From NCBI RefSeq assembly GCF_009914755.1, contig NC_060925.1: DNA of 64,000 nucleotides; one strand, 5' to 3'. The position numbers and the translations under genes are program-made. Below the pieces are notes generated by a model, which saw only the letters and a list, made by a program, of their open reading frames with translations, was not told the DNA's origin and did not search any database. How positions within the stretch are numbered: the first letter of the stretch is position 1; every line of letters starts with the position of its first letter. This DNA is from the human T2T-CHM13v2.0 reference genome, Homo sapiens. Positions 41,411 to 54,321 of this stretch are shown here, piece by piece.

Positions 41411-43559
41411 TAAAGAGTAGTTGAGGTCAGTTACTTCTCCTCCAGGTCTTAAGCATATGTAAGAAGAGAATAAAAATTCCGTAATGGGGAAAGTTGTTTT
41501 CAAGGATTAAACCAGCAAGAAGAGGAACTGATCAATGAAAAAAGAAATATTATGGATAGAAAAACTTATAAGAAAGACAAAAAAAATGGGATTTTCTAGG
41601 CATAGGCTTATTAGCACAGAAGACTGAAGGTAACTCTGGAACAAGTTGAGAAGAAAGAAATGCAGGGAATTCATAAACTCAGAGAGGTTTCTAGAGAGTG
41701 GTAAATACAGCATAGTATATTGCTTTTTAAATGTCAGAGCATAAAGAAAATTTCAGAGTTAAGTTATGGATTTCAACAGTAAAAATTTAAAAGAAACAGC
41801 ATGGAAACAATTGTTGGAGGGTTAGTGATGTGTTTAGATGTAATCATGTGAAGAATATGGCAGTTTTCATTATGAAAAGCTGTGGTTAGAAATACAGGAA
41901 ACTGTTTTTTAAGCTAAATGAATTCAGATTGCTGGAGATGATCCAGCAGCTGCTGTGCATAGAATTCAGTGTTTGCGTCTTGGAGACTAACACATTATAT
42001 TTGGCCTTTAATTAAAAATGATTTATTCAATGCTTTCTCAGAGATGATATGAAATTTATCACAAATTATATTCAGACATTTGAAAATTCTGGGGTAAAAA
42101 TTAGGCAGTGGCTGTCATTTATACAAACTTTTAAAAATGTACCTCGCTGTCATATAAAGATGAATTTTAATAGTTTGTCTGTTACCAAAATATGCTTCCT
42201 AAAAATTATGAAAATAAGAATCTTAAAGGTGAAAAAAATGGCTGAGCAATACTTTGTATTCCTCAAAATGATTGATTTGTTGATTTAAAATTACGTTTAT
42301 TTTAAATTTTAAAAGTCCTTTCCAGTGTATAAACATTATAACCTAACAGATAATAATAATTCAGTAATCAACCATAGTGAATTGCGTGGTGATGCTTAAA
42401 GCCAATGATTTTTGTAGAAAATATTTAAATATATCAGTGAATTAAAATGATTGTTGTTATGCTAAAGTTAACACTTAAAGAACCAATTGTCCTATTTTAG
42501 TTACAAAAAGATATACTGTGTGTTTATAAAAAGGTTAAACAAATGGAAATTGGTAAAATAGCAAACATTTTAATACACATTGATTACAGGTAGGACTTCT
42601 ACTTCTAATTAATGTCCTCACTATCTGGATTTTTTAATGAAGATCTGAAATATCTACACTATTATTGTCACTTGAGTTGCTACCAGTCAAATCTGAACAG
42701 TTCAAGTGTGGGTTAATGTTTCTGTCTGACTGGTTGGGGATTTATTTAACTAGATTTATCATCCAGTTAATGTTAAAATTAGAATGTTAATATTGATTTT
42801 GATTCAAGTCTAACAAGCACTACACATGATAAAGTTCAAACTAGAGCATTTGACTACATAATTATGGGCAAAAATCTAAGCTAAAATCAAGTATTTTGTA
42901 AGTAATGTTTTGTAGACAGTTTCAAAGTTTCAACTGTTTTATAAAGAGCAATGACATAAATTGAATGACCTTAAAAAAAAAAAAACAGCTCTGGAGCACA
43001 TGTCTAATTACGTCATGAACAGCTGTGAGTTTGACTTCCTTAACTTTTATTTTAAGCATAAAACTATTGTGGCAGTGCCATAAGGAATATAATTAGGTTT
43101 AATTGTCTATTTACTTATGTGTGACAATGAAATCAAAACGTCTTTCTAAAAAAAAAAAGAATTGATCCTACTGATGAGTTTTCAGATAACTGTCAGAATG
43201 GATGTTTATTCCTGTCTCTCATGATCTGTCTAGGCACATGGGTCTTTAAACAATTGACAGCATAAAATACCTGTTTACCAGTACCTTTTATGTGACAAAA
43301 CAAATTTGAGATAACTATAACGTAATTTTGTCAAAGTTTATTTGAGAGATACAATATGCAAAAAAAATTACATGCAAAGCAAACTATCCATTCACTTTTC
43401 CAGATATTCTAAAATATCAAGCTAGGTCAGTGAAGACCTAAACATACAGATTATATATTAAAGGCTACAAACACTCCAGAGTTGCTTCTTCTGGATTGTC
43501 TTTTGGAGTGATGATAACTTAAGCCTACACTGACAGTTGTAAGAGATAGTCTTGTGAAA

Positions 43560-43850
43560 TTGAATTTAGTTAAATGAATTATTGAGCACCTCTTATGTGC
43601 TAACCATTAGACTGAGGGAAAAATACAACAGTAAGCAAAACAGAGATAGTCTCAGCACTTGTGAAGCCTGGAAAAGTGTCCAACTAATTACAACTCAGAG
43701 ATAAATGCTGTGGTGAGAGCCACATACAGTATTCTGGGAGCCACAAAGAAGAGCATGGAAGGCAACCTGGTGGTTAAAGAAGGGCTTACTACAGAAAGTA
43801 ATACCCCAACTGCTGATTTGAGGGATGTGTGAGAGTTAGCCAAGGAAAAG
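43560..43850 (-). mobile_element. L2 3' region
   Basis: TTATTGAGCACCTCTTATGTGC...AGTAAGCAAAACAGAGATAGTCTC...GAGTTAGCCAAGG. Confidence 0.7.
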
Positions 43851-44174
43851 GACAATGTCATACATCATTAAATCTTCTTTTGTCAAGAAATATCCTCAAG
43901 AGGATATTTCCAAGTATATTGGTTTTTTTTTAATGTCAGAATGCTATTTTTGGCTTTTTTTTTTTAAAGTAGCCATAAGGTCTGGCCTTAATACTGTGAT
44001 TGTTAGCTTATAAGAATTCAGATCAAGTGGTTAGGTGACTGTGAGCTAAATGTTTTACCTAGTTTCTGGCAATGACTTATGTCTCTATTCCTTTTTTATT
44101 TTATTTTTCAACCAGTTTATTTCTTATAAATAATTTTTCTGGTTCCTAATGCAGTACATGTTCAATGTAGAAAA

Positions 44175-46629
44175 TTGTATCCTGAGACTTTGCTGAAGTT
44201 TTTTATCAGCTTAAGAAGCTTTGGGGCTGAGGCTATGGGGTTCTGTTATAGATATAGGATCATGTCATCTGCAAACAAGGGCAGTTTGACTTTCTCTCTT
44301 CTTATTTGGATGCTCTTTACTTTTCTCTTGTCTGATTACCCTAGCCAGGACTTCCAATACTATGTTGAACAGGAGTAGTGAGAGAGGGCATCCTTGTCTT
44401 GTGCTAGTTTTCAAGGGGAATGCTTCCAGCTTTTGCCCATTCAGTATAATGTTGGCTGTGGGTTTGTCATAGATGGCTCTTATTATTTTGAGATGCATTC
44501 CTTCGATACCTAGTTTATTGGGAGTTTTTAACAGGAAGGACGTTGAATTTTATTGAAAGCCTTTTCTGCATCTATTGAGATAATCATGTGGTTTTTGTCT
44601 TTAGTTCTGTTTATGTGATGAATCACTTTTATTGATTTGCATGTGTTGAACCAAATATTATATTGTATACCAGTATGAAGCATACTTGATCGTGGTGGAT
44701 AAGCTTTTTGATGTGCTGCTGGATTCAGTTTACCAGTATTATGTTGAGGATTTTTGCATCGACATTCATTAAAACTATTGACCTGAAATTTCCTTTTTTG
44801 TTGTATCTCTGCCAAGTTTTGGTATCAGGATGATGCTGGCCTCATAGGATGAGTTGGGGAGGAGTCCCTCCCCCTCAATTTGTTGGAAGAGTTTCAGCAG
44901 GAATGGTACCAGCTCTTCTTTGTACATCTGGTAGAATTCAGCTGTGAATCTGTCTGGTCCTGGGGTTTTTTTGGTTGGTAGGCTATTTATTACTGCCTCA
45001 ATTTCAGAATTTATTATTGGTTTGTTCAGGGATTTAGTTTCTTTCTGGTTCAGTCTTAGGAGGATGTATATGTCTATAAATTTATCCATTTCTTCTAGAT
45101 TTTCTAGTTTATGTGCATAGAGGTATTCATAATATTCTCTGATGGTTGTTTGTATTTCTGTGGGCTCAGTGGTAAAATCCCCTTTGTCATTTATCATTGT
45201 GTCTACTTGAATCTTCTCTCTTTTCTTCTTTATTAGTCTAGCTAGTGGTCTATTTTATTATTTTTTTCAAAATACCAGCTCCTGGATTCATTGATCTTTT
45301 GAATGGTTTTTCGTGTCTTTATCTTCTCCATTTCAGCTCTGATTTTGGTTATTTCTTGTCTTCTTCTAGTTTTGGGATTTGTTTGTTCTTGGTTCTCTAG
45401 TTCTTTTAGTTGTGATGTTAGGTTGTTAACTTGAGATCTTTCTAGCTTTTTGATGTGGGCATTTAGTGCTATAAATTTCCCTCTTAACACTAGAGCTTAC
45501 CTGTGTCCCAGGTAAATTCTGGTATGTTTTATCTTTGTTCTCATTCATTTCAAATAACTTCTTGACTGCTGCCTCAATCCCATTATTTACCGAAAAGTCA
45601 TTCAGGAACAGGTTATTCAATTTCTATGTAATTGTGTGGTTTTGAGTGAATTTCTTAGACTTGATTTCTAATATAATTGCACTGTGGTCTGAGAGACTGT
45701 TATGATTTTAGTTCTTTTGCATTTGCTGAGGAATATTTTATTTCCAATTACGTGATTGATTTTAGAGTAAGTGCCCTGTGGTGATTAGAAGAATGTATAT
45801 TGTTTTTTGGGGGGCTGAGGGATTGGGGTGGCAGAGAGTTCTGTTGATCTCTATCAGGTTCATTTGATCTGGTGCTGAGTTCAGATCCTGAATATCTTTA
45901 TTAATTTTTTGTCTCAATGATCTCCCTAATATTGTCAGTTGGGTGTTAAAGTCTCTCACTATTATTGTGTGGAAGTCTAAGTCTCTTTGAAGGTCTCTAA
46001 GAGCCTGCCGTATGAATCTGAGTGCTCCTGTGTTGGGTGCATATATACATATATATTTAGGATGGTTAGGTCTTCTGGTTGAATTGAACCCTTTACCATT
46101 ATGTAATGCCATTCTTTTTTTTTGTTGTTGGTTTAAACTCTGTTTTGTCAGAAATTAGGATTGCAACCCCTGCTTTTTTCTGTTTACCATTTGGTTGGTA
46201 GATTTTCCTCCATCCCTTTATTTTGAGCCTATGTGAGTCATTACATGTGAGATGGGCCTCTTGAAGACAGCATATGAATGGATCTTGGTTCTTTATCAAA
46301 TTTGCCACTGTGTGTGCTCTTATTGGAGCATTTAGCCCATTTACATTTAAGGTTAATATTCATAGGTATAAATTTAATCTTGTCATCATGATGTTAGCTG
46401 GTTATTTTGCAGACTTATTTATGTGGTGGTGTTACAGTGTCAGTGGTCTGTGTACTTCAGTGTGTTTTTGTAGTGACTGGTAATGCTCTTTCCTTTCCAT
46501 GTTTAGTGCTTACTTCAGGAGCTCTTGTAAGGCAGGTCTGGTAGTAACAAACTCCCTTAGCATTTGCTTGTCTGAAAAGGATCTTATTTCTCTTTTGTTT
46601 ATGAAGCTTAGTTTGGCCAGATATGAAAT
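44175..46629 (-). mobile_element. Internal L1PA fragment (end of ORF1, inter-ORF, endonuclease and start of RT of ORF2) with no 3' end
   Basis: ORF-track peptides [61 protein letters not shown] and [21 protein letters not shown] are L1 ORF2p. The frames are disrupted. Confidence 0.93.
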
Positions 46630-48384
46630 ATTTAATTATCTAGAATATTTCTCAGCAAATAATAGATTCATAATAAATATTTTTATTGACAAAAAAAGAG
46701 ATCACTCTATATACCCTGTTTTGTGACATGGTGTTGTTTTTGCTTAATAAATAATATATGTAAAAAAATTTATAAAAGTAATATCAACAAAAAATCAGAT
46801 ATGAAAATAAATTGCCCAGAAATAACTTCAAAACAATCTTCAAATAAGAATATGCTGTATGTTCAGAATGTTAGATAGAAAAAGATAATGACATAGATTT
46901 TTTTAATTGAACTACACTGCATTTTAACTAACTGTTTACTTATCAATGTATCATAAATGCCTTCTGATATCTTTAAATCCTATTTGGCAAAAGTAATTTA
47001 GTGGTTATATAACAGCTTATACTCTGAAAGTATTATAATTAATTTATCAACTAGAATTATTTTCAGACATCTTTTTTTAAAATTTAGCCCACATACACAA
47101 TTCAAACTTTCCCTTAAGAAATATTTTATCGAAGTGTACCTCCATCTTTGTTTTCTTTTCTTTTCATTTATTTTCTGGCCTTCATATAGTGTATTTTTTA
47201 AAAATATTGAGTATCCATCTCTGCTGTGAAAAATTGTATTGTTAATTGAGATTTGATTAGGATACTGAGAGCTGGCAATTGGGCCAGCTACCTAGGAATT
47301 TCTGAAAGGGCCTTATTTAAATGTTTATACTTTTCTTTAGGTATTTGACAGTTTGATTTATGATATATTGTAGTTTTTTCAACTTATTTTGATTTTATGT
47401 CATATGAAGTTGAAAGTTATTTCTGGAATATATTAAAACTCACAAGAATGTTTCTTTATGTTTATATCTTTGGTTATATTCTTGGGAAAGCACTTCACCA
47501 TACCAATATCTACAAAATGCACACACACACACGTATATATTTCTTTATTTTCTTTTTTTACTTTGGTTTCCTATACTCTTAACTTATATCACCTTATTTT
47601 ATTTTACATACTCTCTTACATGTTGTTTTAAGTCATTTCTGGAACAAAACAGTATATAAATAAGAATATATTTCTTAAGATCAAAACAAACTGAAATCTG
47701 AACACATATATTTAATGTTTAACTTAAAAAACAATGAAAATATTTTAAAGTAAAATCTTTATTATTTTTATGTAAATATTAAATTAGCGGCTTATAACTT
47801 GACTAAAAATCATAAGTTTCACTGAGTTAAGGGATTTATTGTGGAATGCAAGGTATATAACATTTAAATATAATTTTGAAACTGAGAGCATATTTTCACT
47901 TAGTCATACTAATTAATGATCTTCATCAAGAGAAAGTGCTAACATCTTATTTAAGCCCAGAAAAGCATAATTTTCATAGCAGAGGTGCACAAATGTGTGC
48001 ATTGCTAGTCTTTACTGTAGACATTAATCAGTATTCAGCATTTTCCTGTGATGTCCATGAGAAAAGATCCATTAAAAATGATAGCTTGAGGTAATCTTTT
48101 TATTGCCATTTAATTGGGAAAACTATGTTTTTCCTATTTTAAGCATAAGTTTAGTCTCTGGAGATGACACATAAGCATGCGATGGCAAAAGCAAAAACTT
48201 TTGCCTCCTCTTAATCAGTAGCTTTTGGATATATACTAAATTGGACCAAATGGATTAAACACACATAAAAGTCTCTAATTTTTTAGTGTCTATATTCATA
48301 ATTTTGGTGCTGAGTTGAGACATTTGATTTTGCTGAAAACTAATTTAGTCATTACACTGGGTAAAATTTTTTTTATAGAGAAAA

Positions 48385-48620
48385 GAATATGGATTACAGT
48401 CAGAAACATCTGGGTGTACCTCCCAATTGGCTAGCATGTTGTATCTATGACTTTGAAAAATTATGCAAGCTGCATGTCTCAGATTGTTATGTATAAAATA
48501 AGAGTAAAATAATTACCTTAACATGGCTTACTCTAATAATTAAATTAGGTTACAATAATGTAATTTTAAGGCATGAAGCAGCCAGCCCAGAATAGAGAAG
48601 GTGCTTAATGGTTATTTATT
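48385..48620 (+). mobile_element. MIR
   Basis: GGATTACAGTCAGAAACATCTGGGT...GTCTCAGATTGTTATGTATAAAATAAGAGTAAAATAATTACCT. Confidence 0.55.
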
Positions 48621-48957
48621 TTTTTTTCCCTTAAATATTAAACTTCATTATTCATGTTTATATAGAAGAAAGAAACTTCAGTTTAGCAGTTAGGATATTA
48701 TAAGCATTACTGGACACTTTTTTGACAGTAAAAATTTATTAAATATTTCTGGTTCAAAGTGGTAGAATAAAGTTCACATTATCCAACTTTTTCTTCTCAG
48801 ATACCACCACATTCAGCAAGAATAACAAAACTAGAATCATAAACACTCTTTACTATAACTATGGGCTGTCTTATGGCTACAATATGCAAAATATATAGAA
48901 GTGTGGCTGCAAGTAATAAACACCAAAAATGCTGAAGTAGGAGTAAAAAGAGAATGT

Positions 48958-49492
48958 CAATCCAGCAATTTCACTCCTAGTTATATACCCATAAGAACTG
49001 AAAGCAAGGACTCAAACAGATACTTGTACACCAAGACATAGAGCAGCTTTACTCACAATACCCAAAAGATAGTAATAACTCTTCCATCAACACTTGAATG
49101 GATTTAAAAACTCTGATGTATACATATAATAATATACTATTCTGCCATAACAATTTTGTTGTCATGCTACAACACAGATAAACTTTGAAAATATTGTGCT
49201 AAGTGAAATTAGCCAGACACAAAAGGAAAAATAGTGTATGATTTCATGTATATGAGGTATCTATAATAGGCAAATTTATAGAGAAAGAAAGTAGAATAGA
49301 GTTTACCCAGGGGAATGGAGAGTTATTGTTTAATGGGTACAAAATTTATGTTTTCAGTAATGAAAATGTTCTGGAAATAGATAGTGATGATTGTTGCACA
49401 GCGTTGTGAATGTACTTAATACCACTGAATTGTACACTCAAAATCATTAAATGTTATATTTTATATTACATATATTTTACCACAATAAAAAG
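48958..49492 (+). mobile_element. L1MB 3' end
   Basis: CCAGCAATTTCACTCCTAG...GAACTGAAAGCAAGGACTCAAACAGATACTTGTACACCA...TTTTACCACAATAAAAA. Confidence 0.87.
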
Positions 49493-50388
49493 GGGATGCA
49501 GAATACCACTGGCTACAGATCTCAGAAAAACTGCGAAGTAAACCTCTCCAAGATGAAGGAAATGCCCTTAAGGGAAGAACCAAAATATCATATTTACAAA
49601 AAAGAGAATAGAATATCTTGCCCTAACAATGGCTACTTTTTTAAATTTTTGTTTGACTCTAAGTACCAAAATAGGAAAGAAAGTCTACATTGTGAGCAAT
49701 CTTACAGCTACCTGGATCCACTAGCATGCTAAAGGTGAAAGCTAAAAGATTTCACTCAATCCAAATAAAAATTTCTGCTGACCCAAAATATGGCCTTGGT
49801 ATCCTGCTAACATAAATCTGCTGCAAAGAATTAGCTGGGGAGAAAAAAAATCACAACCAAAAACCAAAGTGAAGAGCAGGAAAAATAAGCTGCAGATTAC
49901 AATCACCCACCAGAAAGATGGTATTATGAATAAATCAAAATTATACTCAAATATGACCATATATTGGATTTTTAATTATTAATGAAATAATGTTATTAAA
50001 CAACACTATAGGCAGAGATATAAGAGTTCAGAGAAGCAATTTTGAGAATTATAGAAGAAATAAAGAAAAAATAGAAGCAGCTCAAGAATAAATAAAAGTG
50101 AAAATAGATACTAAAGACAGGAATGAAAAACTGAACAAAATAAAATGGAGATAAATGTCTGACAAGCTTATAGAGAAAATGATAAATATCAAAAATAAAC
50201 AAAGGAGATTTGAACTTAACATTATAGAATTCCACAAAAAAAGCAAATTAATGAAACAAAAGAAATTTCAAGAAGTAGAATTAACAGGGGCTATCTAGCA
50301 AAATTTGGTATTGCATAATTGATCTTGTTAAATCTGTTAAATATCAAATGTGAAAAATAAATCCCTGTTTAACAAATGCTAAAGTTGA

Positions 50389-50710
<322 letters not shown>

Positions 50711-50769
50711 GCTAAAGTTGAAAAAAGAGGGCATGGAAAGGAGAAGAAGATAAAGTCATATCTTCATTT

Positions 50770-51844
50770 GTCAATAAGAACCCCTTAGAAAAACTGGCCT
50801 CATAGTTTATCTATGAAGTTCCTTTCCATAGGGTTCCTGGCCAATGGAAAGTAGAGACTGTCACTTTCTGACAGACCTAGAAACCTCAAGTTGTTTTGGG
50901 TCCTCAAGAAGGAGAGGTTCACTCAATTCTTACAGGTATTTTTAGGTGCAAATGGATCCTTGGCTGGGCTCAAGAGGCCTTTCGAAGTCAAGTCTGAGAT
51001 TCCTAGTGAGAGATTCCAGCAAAGCCCATTTAGGAGAGCCCAGTTGGACAATAATTCTTGCTGTACTCTGTGTGGGGTAGTCAGACCAATTATAGTGGGA
51101 CTGAAGCTTATTTTGCAGGTAGGTTGGTACTGCTGTGATTTGTCTTTGGTGCAAGTGGGGGACTGAAGAGAAAAAGATTATGTTTCAGAAGAAACCCATA
51201 GTGTTTAATATTTGATTCCTGGGTGGCCATGCAGTCACCCCTGGTATCAACCTGCCGACAATGTCCATCCTCAACATGTAGCAGCCAGAAGGATTGATGA
51301 CCACATTCCCCATGGTTGAGGAAATGATAAATTGAAAGGGAGAGACTAAAACCCACCCAATTTTCTCATAGAACCGATGTTTGTGGTTTCATCTGAATAA
51401 ACATAGAAATTGACTCTCCCAGTCTTAAAACTTGAGAAAGTTTTATTTTTCTTATCTGAGTTCCCCTCCCAGGAAACCAGCCATCAGTACTCCCAGATAG
51501 TATCAAGGAGCTGAATCTTGCCAGATCACTGCATCTGGACACTGAGATGCAGGACCCCTCACCTGTCATGATTGCCCAACCAACCACCTGCTTCCTATTG
51601 ACAAACTCCTCTTCTTTGTCCCTTCAACATTCCTGTTTTCCCACATATAGCTACATTTCTTCCCTGCCATAAAAACCCCTAATTTTAGTTGGTCAGGGAG
51701 ATGGATATGAGAATTATTTCCTATCTCCTCAAGTGCAGCACCTGATTAAAGCCTTCTTCCCTGGCAATGCTCACTGTTTCAGTGAATGGCTTTCTGTGTG
51801 GTGAATAGCAGGACCTAGACCAAACCCCTGGCATTTCAGTAACA
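50770..51844 (+). mobile_element. MER4-group ERV1 remnant: 3' internal region (to 51346) plus MER66-like 3' LTR (51347-51844)
   Basis: PPT-like GAAAGGGAGAGAC precedes the LTR. Contains ATAAACATAGAAATTGAC...TATCTGAGTTCC...AGTATCAAGGAGCTGAA, an ATTAAA signal, and ends GTAACA. Confidence 0.75.
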
Positions 51845-51849
51845 ATATC

Positions 51850-52319
51850 AGGAGTACCAGAGTCAGGGGTAAGAATGGTCAGTTTGAGCTTCGTGCAGAA
51901 GCTGACATTTGAGCAAAATCTTGTAGACATTGAGGCAGTTAGTTGTAAGAAAATTTTAAGGGTTTTATAAGAATATTTTAAGGACTTCATAAGAATATTA
52001 TAAGGAAGTGCTAATAGAAATATCTTAAGGCAATAACACACTTGCAATATTTGAAGAAGTACAAGATCAGTGGATTTAGAGTAGAATAAGCAAGAAGAAG
52101 AGTAACTGGTGATTAAGTCTGTGAATGAATATGGGCCAGATCATATAGGGAACTGCAGATGTAAATAAAACCAGCATTGGAGGGTTTGTGCAGAATAGTG
52201 ACACATGATCTGAATCGCAATTTAGCAAAATTACTCTGTTTGTTATGTTGAGATTAGATTGTAAGAGAGCAATAATGAAAGCAAAGAGATCAAGTCAAGA
52301 GGACTTTCCAATTGCCCAA
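51850..52319 (-). mobile_element. L2 fragment
   Basis: GCTGACATTTGAGCAAA; GGGCCAGATCATATAGGG; CATTGGAGGGTTT...GACACATGATCTGA. Confidence 0.7.
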
Positions 52320-52736
52320 TGATATGGTTTGAATCTGTATCCCTATCTGATATGGCTTGGCTCTGTGTCCCCACCCAAATCTCATTCTAATTGTAATCCC
52401 CATGTTTCAAGGGTGGGACCTGATGGGAGGTGATTTGATCATGGACACAGATTTCCCCCTTGTTTCTGTCAATTGTGATAGTGAGTTTTCATGAGATTTG
52501 GTTGTTTAAAAGCATACAGCAGCTCCCTCCTCTCTCTTGGTCCTGCTCTTGCCATGAAGATTCCTGCTCCATCTTTGCTTTCTGCATGAATTAAAGCTCC
52601 CTGAGGCCTCCCCAGAAGCAGATGCTGCTATGCTTTCTGTAAAGCCTGCAGAACAATAAGCCAATTATACCTCTTTGTTTATTAATTATCCAGTCTCAGC
52701 TATTTCTTTATAGCAGTGTGAGAATGGACTAATATA
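52320..52736 (+). mobile_element. MST (MSTA-like) MaLR solo LTR with a duplicated 5' head
   Basis: TGATATGGCTTGGCTCTGTGTCCCCACCCAAATCTCAT...CTTTATAGCAGTGTGAGAATGGACTAATATA. Confidence 0.88.
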
Positions 52737-52889
52737 TCCGAGTAAGAAATGTCAGTGGCTCTTCCGTGTGATAGTAGCAGAAATGATAAGTGGTTATACT
52801 ATTTCTATATTTTGAAGGGGCAGTCAATAAATTTCAGAATAATAAATACAAATAAGTATTAATATATTAAGAGTTTATTGTCATTTATA

Positions 52890-54310
52890 TTAAGAGAAAT
52901 TCAAATTAAAACTATACTAAGGTATAGCCATTAGAATAGCAAATAAAAAATATATGTAATTGCAAATGTTAGTGAGGATATGGAGCTACTCAAATTCATA
53001 TACATTGCCGGTGGTGATGTAAATTAATATGACCACTTTTTTCTACTTATGACCACTAATTTAGCAGAATCTACTAAACTCAACATATGTATACCCTGTG
53101 ATTTCATAATTTTACTTCTAGATACAAATCTAATAGATATGTATATAGAGGTCTACTGAAAGACATACATAAGAATGTTCAAAAATCACTATTTGTAAAA
53201 ACCACAAACTGGAAATTTCCCAATGCCCATCAGCAGTAGAATATAAATTGTGGAATAATTGAAATCAGAAAAGTTCCTTTATCCCTCCCACAGATGGGGG
53301 GTGTGGCTAACTTCTTCAGTGCCCCGCAGCTCAAACCTCTAGGGGGAGCATGCGGACAGGCAGGTTGTGGGGCTCCGACCCCACGGCAGCATCTAGAGAT
53401 GAATGCTTACAGTGTGTGTGTGTTACAGTGTGCTCTGATTCAGTTTAGTCGTTGTGTTCATCAGCTCAATTCGACCCTCTGCCTTATCGCAAGGAGAGAG
53501 GGCTTTCTGTATCCTGGGTTCTTGCCTTGGTGTACCAGAAAAATTGGATCACATGAGGGCTTGGAGGATGGGTGCAAGGTTTTTTATTGAGTGGTGGTAG
53601 CTCTCAGCGAGGTGGATGGGGAGGCCAGAAGCAGGATGGAGTGGGAAGGTGGGTTTCCCTGGAGTCAGGCCACCCAGCAGCTGGGCTCTCCTCCCACCAC
53701 CCCGGCCAAACTCCCCAGCGTTCCACCAGTCGATGGCCTGCTGACATCTACAGGTGCCTGTCGGTGTGCTCTTCTGCCTGTGTGTTCCTCTCGACATACA
53801 GCCACTTGTGTCTGTGCCTGCTAGGATCTCAGGGTTGTTATAGGCATAGGATAGGGGCGTGGAGGGCCAGGATGGTCTTGGAAAATGCGACATTTGGGCG
53901 CAAAACCAGAAATGCCTGTCCTTACCTAGGTCTGTGGGCACTGGCCTGGGGGTTGAACCCTAGTCAGGGACCCGCCTTTTTCTACCCAGCACTCCCCTGC
54001 CCCCTCCCGTATCATAATCACACAATGGGGTATAATACAGAAATGAGAATGAATGAGAAATTGCATCTCTATACAAAAGTATGGATAAAGCCCACACACA
54101 CAAAAAAAGTTGAGTGGAAGAATCCAGATACATAAATCATCATGGAATCAGTTCACATAAAGATCAAACAGAAAAGTTAATCTATGGTGTTAGAAATCAG
54201 ATAGAGGGCTCCTTTGGATGAGAGTTAGTGACTGTGCCTAGGAATACAAGGGGGGCTTCAGGGATGCTGTGAATGCCGTTTCTTGATCTGGGTGCAAGTC
54301 ATATAGGATG
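52890..54310 (+). mobile_element. L1ME 3' region, split by LTR1
   Basis: CAAATGTTAGTGAGGATATGGAGC; AATGCCCATCAGCAGTAGAAT; TTAATCTATGGTGTTAGAAATCAG; TTCTTGATCTGGGTG. Confidence 0.78.
53260..54014 (-). mobile_element. LTR1-family (HUERS-P2, ERV1) solo LTR
   Basis: Sense start TGATACGGGAGGGGGCAGGGGAGTGCTGGGTAGAAAAAGGCGGGTCCCTG. Perfect 4-bp TSD TAAT (53256-53259 / 54015-54018). Confidence 0.85.
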
Positions 54311-54321
54311 CCAGCCCCCCT

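Noticed and set aside
53294-54135. Overlapping 98-187 aa ORFs
   Set aside because: They lie in the GC-rich LTR1 element, where low stop-codon density explains them.
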